Shown: positions 16,347 through 26,585 of the stretch, in pieces | Position numbering within the stretch: position 1 is the stretch's first letter | Layout: each line of letters begins with the position of its first letter | Assembly: GCA_026396065.1 (NCBI GenBank) | Contig: JAPLXO010000003.1 | Coordinates: 1,304 to 65,303, forward strand | Direction: 5' to 3' | DNA from: Candidatus Nomurabacteria bacterium | GTDB taxonomy: Bacteria; Patescibacteriota; Minisyncoccia; Phycocordibacterales; UBA9973 | Length of the DNA stretch: 64,000 bases | Notes under the pieces: model-generated | The model's input: the letters and a program-made list of their open reading frames with translations, nothing else | The model's database searches: none | Told to the model about the DNA's origin: nothing | Program-made: the position numbers and the translations under genes

Positions 16347-17393
16347 ATGAAAAACATAATAATTAGCATCTTGTTCATATTTTGTTTTTTAATAAGTGGT
16401 ACGGCCTTCTCAGCCGAGAGTGTAAAAGATACGAGTGTCCTATATACTGGAAAAATTTATCATATTTTTTTTCATAGTTTAGTAATTTATCCAAATCTTG
16501 CTTTTTTTTCAAAAAAAGATGATAACCAAACTTATAAAGATTATATGATTACACGTGATGAATTTGAAAAAATATTACCAGAATTATATAAAAATAATTT
16601 TGTATTAATAGAGATAAATTCACTTTATAAAGTAAATTCAGATAATTCTATTGAAAAACAAAATTTATATTTACCTGTTGGGAAAAAACCATTAATTATT
16701 TCTCTGGATGACTTAAATTACTATAGAACTAAAAAAGATCGAGGAATGGCTAATAAATTGGTTTTAGATCAAAATGGAAATGTCGCGACAGAAATAGTAA
16801 CACCTGATGGAAAAATTGAAATTACTCGTGATGGAGATATTGTTCCATTATTAGATGATTTTGTGATAGCACACCCTGATTTTTCTATAGATGGAGCGAA
16901 GGGTATAATAGCTCTTACGGGATTTGATGGTGTTCTTGGATATAGAACAAGTAAAATTTATGCAAAAAATTATAGTACAGAAATTTTGGGTGCACAAAAA
17001 GTAATTGAAAAATTAAAATCAACAGGATGGAGTTTTGCTAGCCATAGTTATTCTCATCGTGCTTCTTTTGTTGCTGGCACTATTTCACTTGAAGAATTAA
17101 AAAAAGATACTGAGCTTTGGAGAGACAGAGTAGCTTCATTGGTCGGGAATACAAATATTTTTATTGGTCCATTTGGTCAAGTTTTTCGTAATAAAAATGA
17201 TCCTCGAAGGATATATTTAATGTCGCAAGGTTTTAAGGTCTTTTGCGGTGTTGGTATGGACTTATATATTAATTACTCTTCAAATTATCTAGATATGAAT
17301 AGGGCAGATATAGACGGATACAGGCTGACGCACGCATCATTTTATTTAAAAGATTATTTTGATCCAAAACTCATTGTTGATTATTTAAGGTAG
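16347..17393 (+). CDS. secreted polysaccharide deacetylase (NodB-homology)-like protein
   Basis: Signal peptide. Motifs SLDD, HSYSHR (HSxxH[PR]) and IGPFG resemble NodB motifs 1-3. Confidence 0.5.
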   Translation: MKNIIISILFIFCFLISGTAFSAESVKDTSVLYTGKIYHIFFHSLVIYPNLAFFSKKDDNQTYKDYMITRDEFEKILPELYKNNFVLIEINSLYKVNSDNSIEKQNLYLPVGKKPLIISLDDLNYYRTKKDRGMANKLVLDQNGNVATEIVTPDGKIEITRDGDIVPLLDDFVIAHPDFSIDGAKGIIALTGFDGVLGYRTSKIYAKNYSTEILGAQKVIEKLKSTGWSFASHSYSHRASFVAGTISLEELKKDTELWRDRVASLVGNTNIFIGPFGQVFRNKNDPRRIYLMSQGFKVFCGVGMDLYINYSSNYLDMNRADIDGYRLTHASFYLKDYFDPKLIVDYLR

Positions 17394-17432
17394 ATAAAAC
17401 CAAACTAGTTTTTTATTTTTAAATAAAGAAAA

Positions 17433-18725
17433 ATGTGTCATAATTATAATGTGATGATAAAAGTAAAAGACAAATTTCTTCATTTTTGGAAAACACTTGG
17501 TCCAGGTCTCACTACTGGTGCTGCTGATGATGATCCATCTGGTATTGCTACATATTCTCAGACAGGAGCAAAATACGGTTTTATGTTTGCTTGGTTGGCT
17601 CCTTTTACTATTCCACTAATGTCTGTAGTTCAGGAAATGTGTGCACGTATTGGTATTGTGACAAAGCAAGGCCTCGCTGCAAATATAAAGAAACATTATT
17701 CAAAAAAGGTTTTGTTTTTCTGTACAGCACTTTTGCTTTTTGCTAATACCTTTAACATCGGGGCAGACCTCGGCGCAATGTCTCAAGGTATGCAATTGAT
17801 TTTTCCTAATTGGAATTTTGCTGTACTTGTAATTGTCTTTGCAGTTTTATCTTTGGTTTTTCAGGTTTTTATTCCTTACAAAACTTATTCAAAATATTTA
17901 AAATATTTGTCGTTTGTTCTTTTGGCATATATATTTTCTGCATTGATGGTAGATATGGATTGGAAAGCGGTTTGGTATCATACATTTATCCCATCTATGT
18001 CTTTCACAAAAGATAGCTTCATTATTCTTTCTGCTATTTTAGGAACTACTATTTCTCCATATTTGTTTTTCTGGCAAACTTCTCAAGAAGTAGAAGAAGA
18101 GATAATGACGGGGAAGATAGATAAAGTAGAAAAAGAAGAGGAAATTAGAGAAGATATAAAAGAAATGCGCACTGATGTTTGGAGTGGAATGTTTTTTTCA
18201 AACATTGTGATGTTTTTTATAATCATCGCTTGTGCTTCGACTTTATATAAAAGTGGAATTACAAATATCAGCACAGCTGCTGATGCCGCGAAAGCCCTAG
18301 AGCCTTTTGCTGGGCATTTTTCTTCTCTTCTTTTTGCTATTGGAATTATCGGTATTGGATTTTTAGCTATCCCTGTTCTCGCTGGTGCGAATTCATATGC
18401 AGTATCTGAATGTTTTGATTGGAAAGAAGGGCTTTACCGAAAATGGAACGAAGCTTATGCCTTTTACGGAGTGATAGTACTCGGTGTCATCGTTGGTATC
18501 GTACTGAACTTTATCGGCCTCGATCCTATCAAAGCACTTATCTATTCTGCAGTCTTGAACAGTCTCGTCGCTCCTGTGATTTTGTATTTTATTGTGAAGC
18601 TTAGTTCAAATGAAAGTGTGATGGGCAATTTCAAAAGTCGCCCTGTCGCCAAAATCATCGGCTGGACAGCTACTATCATCATGACTCTCGCCGGCATCGC
18701 AACAATCATTTCTCTTTGGATGTAA
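17433..18725 (+). CDS. mntH: NRAMP-family divalent metal (Mn2+/Fe2+) transporter
   Basis: LGPGLTTGAADDDPSGIATYSQTGAKYGF consensus and multiple TM helices. Confidence 0.85.
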   Translation: MCHNYNVMIKVKDKFLHFWKTLGPGLTTGAADDDPSGIATYSQTGAKYGFMFAWLAPFTIPLMSVVQEMCARIGIVTKQGLAANIKKHYSKKVLFFCTALLLFANTFNIGADLGAMSQGMQLIFPNWNFAVLVIVFAVLSLVFQVFIPYKTYSKYLKYLSFVLLAYIFSALMVDMDWKAVWYHTFIPSMSFTKDSFIILSAILGTTISPYLFFWQTSQEVEEEIMTGKIDKVEKEEEIREDIKEMRTDVWSGMFFSNIVMFFIIIACASTLYKSGITNISTAADAAKALEPFAGHFSSLLFAIGIIGIGFLAIPVLAGANSYAVSECFDWKEGLYRKWNEAYAFYGVIVLGVIVGIVLNFIGLDPIKALIYSAVLNSLVAPVILYFIVKLSSNESVMGNFKSRPVAKIIGWTATIIMTLAGIATIISLWM

Positions 18726-19772
18726 TTGGTGTATATTGTTCATATGCAGATTTCTAAAGACTATGAGTTAAAAGAATTGAATACTTTTGGAATATCCGCG
18801 AAAGCGAAGTTTTTTACTGTGCTAGAAAATGAGGCTGATATTATAGAGCTTCTTTCAAATTCTGAATTTAAGAATAACCAAAAACTATTTTTGGGTGGGG
18901 GAAGCAATATACTTTTTACGAAAGATTTTGACGGTATTGTAATTTTAAATAAATTAAAAGGAATAGAAATCTTAGAAGAAGATGAAGATATTGTTTTTCT
19001 GAAATCTATGGGAGGGGTTATCTGGCATGACTTGGTAACATTCACAGTCGATAGAAATTATTGGGGAATAGAGAATCTGTCTTTAGTTCCGGGCACAGTT
19101 GGTGCTACACCGATACAAAATATTGGCGCATATGGCGTGGAAATAAAAGATACACTCGACAGTGTCGAAGCATATGAGATTGAAACTGGTAAAAAGAAAA
19201 TCTTTTCAAGAGATGAATGCAGGCTCGGCTATCGCGATAGTGTTTTTAAAAATGAATTGAAAGGAAAATATTTTGTTTCGGCTATTTTTTTAAAATTACA
19301 CAAAGATGCACAACCTAACATTTCTTATAGAGTTTTGAAAGATTATATAGAAGAAAATAAAATTGAAATAAAAAATTCTAAAGATGTGGCAGATGCTGTG
19401 GCAAATATTCGCCGAAGTAAATTGCCCGATCCAAAAGAACTAGGGAATGCAGGAAGCTTTTTTAAAAATACTTTTGTTAATGTTGAACAAAAAGAAAAAC
19501 TTTTAGCTATATACCCTGAGATGCCGAATTTTTCAGAACAAAATGAAAAAGGCGAAAATGTTATAAAAATCCCTAGTGCATGGCTGATAGAACAGTGTGG
19601 TTTCAAGGGTTTACGAGAGGGTAATGTCGGCAGTCATACAAATCAGGCACTAGTAATAGTGAATTATGGTGGAGCTACAGGTGCGGAAGTGAAAGACTTT
19701 GTTTATAAAATAATCCAAGCTGTTAAAGACAAGTTCGGGATTGCTTTAGAGTCAGAGGTAAATATGATATAA
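18726..19772 (+). CDS. murB: UDP-N-acetylenolpyruvoylglucosamine reductase MurB
   Basis: FGISAKA...LFLGGGSNILF FAD-binding region and a MurB C-terminal domain. Confidence 0.85.
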   Translation: MVYIVHMQISKDYELKELNTFGISAKAKFFTVLENEADIIELLSNSEFKNNQKLFLGGGSNILFTKDFDGIVILNKLKGIEILEEDEDIVFLKSMGGVIWHDLVTFTVDRNYWGIENLSLVPGTVGATPIQNIGAYGVEIKDTLDSVEAYEIETGKKKIFSRDECRLGYRDSVFKNELKGKYFVSAIFLKLHKDAQPNISYRVLKDYIEENKIEIKNSKDVADAVANIRRSKLPDPKELGNAGSFFKNTFVNVEQKEKLLAIYPEMPNFSEQNEKGENVIKIPSAWLIEQCGFKGLREGNVGSHTNQALVIVNYGGATGAEVKDFVYKIIQAVKDKFGIALESEVNMI

Positions 19773-19808
19773 TAGGTTTATTAAAAGTTAATTAAATTAT
19801 TTAAGTTT

Positions 19809-20234
19809 ATGAAAAATAATACAAGTTTAGTAGCATCAGTAGTTATCGTTTTAGTCGTTATTGGTTTGTTTGTTTATTTATCTATGAATAAAAAATCAGA
19901 CGATATTCAAGGAGTAAATACAAATCAAACAGATAATGCGATTTCAAAAATTGGAGACAGTATCACTGTCGCTTATGTAGGAGCACTTGCAGACGGAACA
20001 GTTTTTGATTCAAATATAGATCCAAAATTTAAACACGTACAACCATTTACTTTTACATTAGGAGCTGGCCAAGTTATCCCTGGTTGGGATAAGGGTCTTG
20101 TCGGTATGAAAGTAGGAGAAAGAAAACATTTAGTAATTTCTCCTGAAGATGCTTATGGTGCAAATGGTTACCCTCCTGTTATCCCACCAAATTCTACTTT
20201 GACTTTTGATGTACAAATAACAGCGATAAATTAA
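19809..20234 (+). CDS. FKBP-type peptidyl-prolyl cis-trans isomerase with N-terminal TM anchor
   Basis: VAYVGALADGTVFDSN...GAGQVIPGWDKGLVGMKVGERKHLVISPEDAYG. Confidence 0.85.
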   Translation: MKNNTSLVASVVIVLVVIGLFVYLSMNKKSDDIQGVNTNQTDNAISKIGDSITVAYVGALADGTVFDSNIDPKFKHVQPFTFTLGAGQVIPGWDKGLVGMKVGERKHLVISPEDAYGANGYPPVIPPNSTLTFDVQITAIN

Positions 20235-21044
20235 ATGGATACACTTTTCACAAACAAAAATTTTATAAAAGTAAGCACAATATTTATTTGTTTACTTTGT
20301 TTGTTGGCTATTGTTTCTATTTTTGGGAGTATTAGTGGACGTAATCGTAATAATTTAGAAAGTAAAAATACAATTACATTTGAAGGTAAAGGGGAAGTCT
20401 CAGCTGTACCTGATATTGCTACTATTAATTTTACAATCCGTGAAAACCAACCAATCTTAAAAGATGCGCAAGACAAGGTTACTAAAAAAGAAGGTGTTCT
20501 TTTGGCTTTTCTTGATCTAAAAAAAGTTGCAAAAGTAGATATTAAGACAGAGAATTATAGTTCTTATCCAAAATATGACTACAATACTCCTTGCTATCAG
20601 GGATCTGGTGTTTCTACTAAAATGGGAATGCCTTGTAGAAGTGAACCAAAGTTAATTGGTTATGAGGTATCAGAATATGTTTCAGTAAAGATTCATGATA
20701 TTTCTCAGTCTGGGGATATAGTAAAAGGAATTGGAGCTTTGGGAGTTTCAGAAATGAATGGTCCAAATTTTTCAATTAACAACGAAGATCAATTAAAAGA
20801 AACTGCACGTAAAATCGCTATTGATGATGCAAAAGCAAAGGCACAAAAGCTTGCTGGTGATTTAGGGGTACACCTAGTTGGGATTGTAAGTTTTTCTGAA
20901 AATGGCAATTATCCTATGCCAATGATGTATGCAAAAGGATTGGCGACTGATGCATCTTTGTCTGTATCATCTCCATCCCCAGAGCTTCCAGCTGGTCAAA
21001 ACAAAATAACCTCAAATGTCTCAATAACTTACGAAATAAGATAG
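20235..21044 (+). CDS. SIMPL/DUF541 (BP26-like) periplasmic protein
   Basis: YEVSEYVSVKIHDI...KLAGDLGVHLVGIVSFSE pattern and an N-terminal signal anchor. Confidence 0.65.
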   Translation: MDTLFTNKNFIKVSTIFICLLCLLAIVSIFGSISGRNRNNLESKNTITFEGKGEVSAVPDIATINFTIRENQPILKDAQDKVTKKEGVLLAFLDLKKVAKVDIKTENYSSYPKYDYNTPCYQGSGVSTKMGMPCRSEPKLIGYEVSEYVSVKIHDISQSGDIVKGIGALGVSEMNGPNFSINNEDQLKETARKIAIDDAKAKAQKLAGDLGVHLVGIVSFSENGNYPMPMMYAKGLATDASLSVSSPSPELPAGQNKITSNVSITYEIR

Positions 21045-21082
21045 AGATTGACTATTTTAGATAAAAAGAGTATATTTAAAAG

Positions 21083-21104
21083 AGCCCTTCGCGGGGCTTT
21101 TTTA
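21083..21104 (+). terminator. rho-independent terminator
   Basis: AGCCCttcgcgGGGCTTTTTT. Confidence 0.5.
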
Positions 21105-21139
21105 AGAGGATTTTTAAAAAAATAATCATATAAATCAAT

Positions 21140-21325
21140 ATGTCAAAAGTTACTGAATATTTAAAAGAAACAAAAGTAGAATTAAAACACGTTAATTGGC
21201 CTACAAGAATGCAGACTATTTATTATACTGTTATAGTAGCAGTTCTTTCTGTTGGACTCGCATACTTTTTAGGTATTTTTGATTCTATTTTCTCTAAAGG
21301 TTTAGAAAAATTAATTTCATTTTAA
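21140..21325 (+). CDS. secE: preprotein translocase subunit SecE
   Basis: 61 aa with a single TM helix, located immediately upstream of nusG and rplK. Confidence 0.8.
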   Translation: MSKVTEYLKETKVELKHVNWPTRMQTIYYTVIVAVLSVGLAYFLGIFDSIFSKGLEKLISF

Positions 21326-21329
21326 TATT

Positions 21330-21875
21330 ATGGCTAAACAAGAAACACAAGGAGAAAGAAATTGGTATGCAATTCACACTTATGCTGGATATGAAAATGC
21401 AGTTTTGCGTAATCTAAAACAGCGTATTGAATCTCTTGGAATGCAAGAAAAAATTTTTAATGTTATCGTTCCAATTGAGAAAAAGGTAAAAATCAAAGGT
21501 GGAAAGCGTGTCGAAGTAGAAGAAAAGATTTACCCAGGATATGTACTTGTAGACATGGTTGTTACCGACGATTCTTGGTATGTAGTTCGTAATACACCAC
21601 GTGTTACAGGATTCGTAGGAGCAGGAGTAAATCCAGTTCCTTTAAGAAAAGACGAAGTGGATTATTTATTTAAGAAAATGGATGCAGATACTATCAAGCA
21701 TAACATTGATCTTGCAATAGATGAGACAGTTATGATTGTAGATGGACCATTTAAAGAACTAGAAGGTAAAGTAAATGCAATTGATCAAGAAAGAGGAAAG
21801 GTAAAAGTCTTAGTTTCAATGTTCGGTCGTGAAACTCCAGTCGAATTAGACTTCTTGCAAGTTAAGAAAATATAA
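21330..21875 (+). CDS. nusG: transcription termination/antitermination factor NusG
   Basis: NWYAIHTYAGYENAV (NGN domain) and a C-terminal KOW motif (KVKVLVSMFGRETPVELDF). Confidence 0.9.
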   Translation: MAKQETQGERNWYAIHTYAGYENAVLRNLKQRIESLGMQEKIFNVIVPIEKKVKIKGGKRVEVEEKIYPGYVLVDMVVTDDSWYVVRNTPRVTGFVGAGVNPVPLRKDEVDYLFKKMDADTIKHNIDLAIDETVMIVDGPFKELEGKVNAIDQERGKVKVLVSMFGRETPVELDFLQVKKI

Positions 21876-21891
21876 GTTAATCTACAAATAT

Positions 21892-22317
21892 ATGGCAAAG
21901 AAAATAACAAAGAAAATTAAATTACAAATTATGGGTGGAAGAGCTACTCCAGCTCCTCCTCTTGGTCCTGCTCTTGGACAGGCTGGTATAAACATTGGTG
22001 ACTTCGTTACGAAATTCAACGCTGCAACAGCAAAAATGATGGGGGAGAAAGTAGGTTGTATTGTCACTGTTTACGAAGATCGTACTTATGATTTCGTTAT
22101 CAAGACTCCTCCAGCTACTGACCTTATCCTTAAGGCTGCAGGCGTAGAAAAAGGTTCAGGAAAGCCAAATTCATCAAAAGTAGGAAAGATCACTCGCGCT
22201 CAAGCTCTTGAAATCGGAAAGAAAAAAGCAGTTGACCTTAATGCTAAAGATGATGAAGGACTTATAGCTATTATATCTGGATCTGCACGCAGTGCCGGTA
22301 TTGAAGTTAAAGGTTAA
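21892..22317 (+). CDS. rplK: 50S ribosomal protein L11
   Basis: KLQIMGGRATPAPPLGPALGQAGINIGDFV. Confidence 0.95.
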   Translation: MAKKITKKIKLQIMGGRATPAPPLGPALGQAGINIGDFVTKFNAATAKMMGEKVGCIVTVYEDRTYDFVIKTPPATDLILKAAGVEKGSGKPNSSKVGKITRAQALEIGKKKAVDLNAKDDEGLIAIISGSARSAGIEVKG

Positions 22318-22337
22318 TAAAAAATTTAAAACTTTTA

Positions 22338-22372
22338 AAAGCACCCCGACAATGTCGGGGTGCTTTACTTTT
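22338..22372 (+). terminator. rho-independent terminator after rplK
   Basis: AAAGCACCCCGACaatGTCGGGGTGCTTT followed by a T-run. Confidence 0.65.
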
Positions 22373-22458
22373 ATACCGTTAAATGATAATTTGAAAGCTA
22401 ACAGTAAATTTAGTTCTGTTGAAAATAATAAATAGTATCCACCTAAATTTCTAGAACA

Positions 22459-23046
22459 ATGAAAAAACCTATTTTCGCCATAGATTTTGGCACAGTATTT
22501 GGAGTTGACCAAAGATTAATCAACAGAGTTAAAACAGTAGTTTCAGGTCTCGACCCAGATTACAAAAAACTCAAACGAGAACAACATTACCATTATGATT
22601 TTGCATTAAACTATCCGCAAAATTTTCGTGAGCAGATTAACATCATAAAAGAAAGTCCAGATTTTTTTTGGAATTTAGAACCAATTTTGGGTGTTAAAGA
22701 AGCAATTGATTTACTAATTAAATTAAACTTTAATGTATTAATTGTTTCATTACCTATTCTCGGGCAAAATAGTGAAGGAGTAGAACATGAGAAAGCATCT
22801 CTAATGTTTAAGCACTTTATGTGTGAGAAAATGCAGATTTCTTTTGTTTCAGTGCTTGATAAAACTGCGTTAGAATGTGACTATCTAATTGATAGCAATC
22901 CTGACATTGAGGGAAGTTGTAAACCAAAATTTAATTATTTGGTTTACGATGAAGGTTATAATTATAACCTTCATATTCCGAGTGAACGAAAAATTAACTG
23001 GCAGGTTTTCGAACCTAGGTTAAAAGCGATATTAAAACATCGCTAA
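22459..23046 (+). CDS. hypothetical protein (195 aa)
   Basis: ORF with no HAD motif despite an IDFGTV segment. Sits next to nucleotide-metabolism genes. Confidence 0.5.
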   Translation: MKKPIFAIDFGTVFGVDQRLINRVKTVVSGLDPDYKKLKREQHYHYDFALNYPQNFREQINIIKESPDFFWNLEPILGVKEAIDLLIKLNFNVLIVSLPILGQNSEGVEHEKASLMFKHFMCEKMQISFVSVLDKTALECDYLIDSNPDIEGSCKPKFNYLVYDEGYNYNLHIPSERKINWQVFEPRLKAILKHR

Positions 23047-23127
23047 TCAAGACAAAAAAAATATTACATAAAATCGGCCGCTGTTTATCAGCTGTCGATT
23101 TTTTGATTTTTAGGATATACTAATGTT

Positions 23128-23619
23128 ATGAAACAGGTAAAACATGAAAGGCCTAGTTGGGATCAGTATTTTATTACACAAGCCAATTTATTGGGTTCTA
23201 GGGGTACTTGTGATAGAAGTCGTTCCGGTTGCGTCATTACTAAAGATAAAAGAATAATTTCTACTGGTTATATTGGTTCTCCACCTTCACTTCCTCATTG
23301 TGATGATGTAGGCCATGAGATGAATACAGTAATAAATGAAGATGGTACAAAATCAATGCACTGTGTACGTACTACTCATGCTGAACAAAATGCGATAGTG
23401 CAAGCGGCACGTTTTGGTCTAGCTACTGATGGGGCCACTTTGTATTGCAAAATGACTCCTTGTTATACTTGTGCAAAATTAGTAATTACTGCTGGAATAA
23501 AACGTGTAGTTTCAGAAAAAGATTATCATGCTTCAAAACGTTCTAAAGAAATTTTTAAGAAAGCTAAAATAAAGTTGGAAATTTTAAATAAAGAAGTCGA
23601 AAAATATAAGCATCAATAA
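23128..23619 (+). CDS. dCMP/cytidine deaminase-family zinc enzyme (ComEB/dCMP deaminase-like)
   Basis: HAEQNAI ... PCYTCAKLV zinc-binding signature. Confidence 0.85.
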   Translation: MKQVKHERPSWDQYFITQANLLGSRGTCDRSRSGCVITKDKRIISTGYIGSPPSLPHCDDVGHEMNTVINEDGTKSMHCVRTTHAEQNAIVQAARFGLATDGATLYCKMTPCYTCAKLVITAGIKRVVSEKDYHASKRSKEIFKKAKIKLEILNKEVEKYKHQ

Positions 23620-23626
23620 AACATTT

Positions 23627-23956
23627 ATGGTTGATCTAAAAGAATTACAAAAAGAAGTAATGCAAAATAAAATTGAAAAAGGTTTCAATACTACTGATGT
23701 AGCTTTGGAATTTTGTCGAGCCCATGAGGAACTCTCAGAAGCTTTTTCAAAATTTAATAAAAACCAAGATGGAGTAGCAGAAGAGTTTGCAGATGTGGCT
23801 GTATTTTTACTCGGTATGTGTGAAATACTCGGTTATGATTTAGAAAAAGAATTGGTCAGAAAAATTGAAATAAATAAAAATCGTAAGTATATAAAAGGTA
23901 AATCTCCTGATGGTAAAGACATCTTTATTCGTGTCAAAAGTGATATAGATCCGTAA
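23627..23956 (+). CDS. MazG-like nucleotide pyrophosphohydrolase domain protein
   Basis: EELSEAFSKF...EEFADVAVFLLGMCEILGYDL, an EExxE/A...E.ADV pattern. Confidence 0.55.
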   Translation: MVDLKELQKEVMQNKIEKGFNTTDVALEFCRAHEELSEAFSKFNKNQDGVAEEFADVAVFLLGMCEILGYDLEKELVRKIEINKNRKYIKGKSPDGKDIFIRVKSDIDP

Positions 23957-23995
23957 GCAATTTAAAACTTTATTTTAAATTGCTTTGATAATTCA

Positions 23996-24532
23996 TTAGT
24001 TTTTTTGTCGGTTTTTGTAGACGAGCAGGTCATAACCGTCACTGGTGTAATCTTCTTTTTTTATATCCCAAGATTCAAGTAGGGCATACAAATCATTTTG
24101 AATTTTTATGGCATCTTTTTCATCTCCAAATTTTTCTAGCTCAATATATGAACCAATTTCAGCAACTTCATCAATACATATTTCTATATCACCCATACTC
24201 GCTGTAATTCGTGTTTTTTCTATGGTAATGAATTGGTAATAACCGAGAGTTTCTATTAGTAGAGTCATTTCTGATATATCTTTTTCTTGAATTTCCACTT
24301 CGTGTTCAATGCAATCAGTCTGGTTTGTTCTTGGTTGTTTGAGTGTGAAAATAACTCTTGTTATTCCATTTTTTTTCTCTTCACGAATACGCATATAATT
24401 TCTACCGAGTAAATGCTGAGTGAGTTCTTTTATATCATTTGGAAAAAACACCAAATCTTTTTGATATTTTTCTCCATGTATTTCAAGTCCATTAGCTTTT
24501 AGTTTTTCTAATACTCCAGCCTTGTCCCTCAA
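23996..24532 (-). CDS. CYTH-domain protein (CyaB/thiamine-triphosphatase-like)
   Basis: Alternating acidic beta strands (HEVEIQEKD; YIELEKFGD), ~178 aa. Confidence 0.4.
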   Translation of the reverse strand: MRDKAGVLEKLKANGLEIHGEKYQKDLVFFPNDIKELTQHLLGRNYMRIREEKKNGITRVIFTLKQPRTNQTDCIEHEVEIQEKDISEMTLLIETLGYYQFITIEKTRITASMGDIEICIDEVAEIGSYIELEKFGDEKDAIKIQNDLYALLESWDIKKEDYTSDGYDLLVYKNRQKN

Positions 24533-24576
24533 TCTTGCTTTTACTTCAATTTAATTCATATTTTTAAAACTAATTA

Positions 24577-25146
24577 TTAAAATCTTTCGTATTCTACGAA
24601 TGAATAATCGTATGGATTTTTTTCATCTGCTTTGTGCGTCTCGCGTGTAGTTTCTCCGAAAACTATTGGGATAATTTCTGGGAAAAATACATCAGCATCT
24701 TTGTCTTCTGCTTCTATATGAGTGATATAAAGCTTGTCAGCAAAAGCCATTCCTTGTTTATATATTTCTGCTCCACCGATTATAAAGATTTCTGATTCTG
24801 CAGAATCATGTCGCGCAGTGTCCGTTGAAGCGCGACTCGAATTTTTAAATAAACTAAAAGCTTCTTCAAAAGAATATGCTATTTCTACGCCTTCAGCTTT
24901 GAAACTTTTGTCACGAGTGAGAACTACATTTCTTCTATTTGGTAGAGGTTTACCAATTGATTCAAAAGTTTTTTGACCCATGATAACTGCATGTCCAGAA
25001 GTTTTTTCTTTGAAATGAGCCATATCTGCAGGCATATTCCAAAGAAGTTTATTCTTCTTTCCAAGTTCATTATTTTTACCAATTCCCGCAATCATTGAAA
25101 TTTTCATTATATATTTATACTGCAATCGGGGCTTTGATTCCTTCAT
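24577..25146 (-). CDS. folA: dihydrofolate reductase
   Basis: [50 protein letters not shown]. The true start may be the internal Met at ~25107, which would avoid overlap with the thyA stop. Confidence 0.85.
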   Translation of the reverse strand: MKESKPRLQYKYIMKISMIAGIGKNNELGKKNKLLWNMPADMAHFKEKTSGHAVIMGQKTFESIGKPLPNRRNVVLTRDKSFKAEGVEIAYSFEEAFSLFKNSSRASTDTARHDSAESEIFIIGGAEIYKQGMAFADKLYITHIEAEDKDADVFFPEIIPIVFGETTRETHKADEKNPYDYSFVEYERF

Positions 25147-26110
25147 GTGGATTATAATCTATTAATTCAAAATCTTCGATTGTGAAATCCTCGATATTTT
25201 TCTTAGCAGGATTTATTTTCATTTTTGGTAATGCACGGATGTCGCCACGGCGGGAAAGTTGAAGATTTGCTTGTTCCATATGATTTGAATACAAATGAAC
25301 ATCGCCACCAGTCCAGACGAATTCACCGGCTTGTAGTCCGCAGATTTGCGCGAGCATCATCGTGAAGACAGAGTATGATGCGATGTTGAAAGGCAGGCCG
25401 AGGAATGTGTCACAGCTTCTTTGATAAAGTTGGCAAGAAAGTTTACCATCGGCTACATAAAATTGGAAAAAACAATGACATGGAGGAAGCCCAGCTTTTG
25501 CCATCTCGTCGATGTCGGCGACGTTCCACGCTGAAACAATTATTCGGCGAGAGTCTGGAGTATCTTTTATCATCTCAATCGCTTTTTGTAGTTGATCGAT
25601 ATGCATGCCATTTGGTGCAGGCCAACTGCGCCATTGATATCCGTAAATTGGGCCGAGATTGCCATAATCTTTTGCAAAATTTTCGTCCGTTTTTATTTTT
25701 TCAATAAATTCTTTTATCCCCGAATTCCATTCTTCGCTTCCTGTCGCAGGTACTGCTATATTATTACGAACTAAATACGCTTTGTATGGCCATTCGTCCC
25801 AGATGTGCACGTTGTTGTCTGCTAAATATTTCAAATTTGTATCTCCGCGCATGAACCAAAGTAATTCGTGAATGATTGATTTGATTGGAACTTTTTTTGT
25901 CGTAAGGAGAGGGAAGCCATCAGCTAAATTGAAACGCATTTGATAGCCGAAGATACTTTTTGTACCAGTTCCTGTGCGGTCAGTCTTTGCAACACCTTCT
26001 TTAATGATGTATTCGAGGAGATCGAGGTATTGTTCATCGACGTGTTTACTTTGCATATTCTTAGTATAACTTCTTTTGTGAATTTTAACAATTTTCCACA
26101 TATACGCCAT
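25115..26110 (-). CDS. thyA: thymidylate synthase
   Basis: [16 protein letters not shown]...[11 protein letters not shown]...[21 protein letters not shown]. Confidence 0.9.
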   Translation of the reverse strand: MAYMWKIVKIHKRSYTKNMQSKHVDEQYLDLLEYIIKEGVAKTDRTGTGTKSIFGYQMRFNLADGFPLLTTKKVPIKSIIHELLWFMRGDTNLKYLADNNVHIWDEWPYKAYLVRNNIAVPATGSEEWNSGIKEFIEKIKTDENFAKDYGNLGPIYGYQWRSWPAPNGMHIDQLQKAIEMIKDTPDSRRIIVSAWNVADIDEMAKAGLPPCHCFFQFYVADGKLSCQLYQRSCDTFLGLPFNIASYSVFTMMLAQICGLQAGEFVWTGGDVHLYSNHMEQANLQLSRRGDIRALPKMKINPAKKNIEDFTIEDFELIDYNPHEGIKAPIAV

Positions 26111-26116
26111 GGCGTA
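26101..26116. promoter_or_regulatory. 16-bp perfect palindrome ATACGCCATGGCGTAT overlapping the thyA start codon
   Basis: Perfect dyad, verified by reverse complement. Lies in the divergent region between thyA and the ORF at 26144. Confidence 0.5.
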
Positions 26117-26143
26117 TATAAAAAATAGTATTATAATATAAAT

Positions 26144-26524
26144 ATGCTAGATAAAAAGAAATTTTACTATAAAGGGATAAAAACAAATGCTCTAGGTTTA
26201 CCTTCTTTTAGTGATTCAAAGAAAATAGAAGAACTGCCTAAAAAGCAAACTAGAAAAAGAGATTTTTATGCTATGTCTTTTCAATCTTCATTTCAAAAAA
26301 GTGCACCAAAGAATTTAATTGTTATGTATGACATTCCACATCTTCAGAAAAAGGAACGTGATTGGTTTCGTCGGCATTTAATAAGATTCGGATATATAAT
26401 GATTCAAAAAAGTGTCTGGGTCGGACCTTCGCCACTGCCGAAAGATTTCTTGAAATATCTTAAAGAAATAAAAATAGGGGACAAGTTCAAAACCTTTAAA
26501 CTCGCTAAATCATACGTAAAATAA
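26144..26524 (+). CDS. small protein with a Cas2/VapD-like signature
   Basis: LIVMYDIP....[19 protein letters not shown] resembles Cas2 (LVLITYDV...RR..V...L..YG.RVQNSVFEC) and VapD (YAIAFDL...GFEWTQGSVYV). Alternative start at Met ~26273 would give ~83 aa. No cas1 or CRISPR array nearby. Confidence 0.3.
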   Translation: MLDKKKFYYKGIKTNALGLPSFSDSKKIEELPKKQTRKRDFYAMSFQSSFQKSAPKNLIVMYDIPHLQKKERDWFRRHLIRFGYIMIQKSVWVGPSPLPKDFLKYLKEIKIGDKFKTFKLAKSYVK

Positions 26525-26526
26525 AT

Positions 26527-26542
26527 ATACGCCATAGCGTAT
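26527..26542. promoter_or_regulatory. second copy of the palindrome (ATACGCCATAGCGTAT, one central mismatch)
   Basis: Lies immediately after the stop codon of the 26144 ORF and 426 bp from the first copy. Confidence 0.5.
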
Positions 26543-26585
26543 ATTTATTAATTGTTAGATTTATTTTTTATGGTATAATTAATTT

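Noticed and set aside
25405-26128. Plus-strand ORFs 25405..25707, 25592..25774 and 25940..26128.
   Set aside because: They are antisense within thyA.
26144-26524. A CRISPR-Cas locus implied by the Cas2-like ORF.
   Set aside because: There is no cas1 and no repeat-spacer array anywhere in the window. The fold signature alone is equally consistent with a VapD-type toxin.
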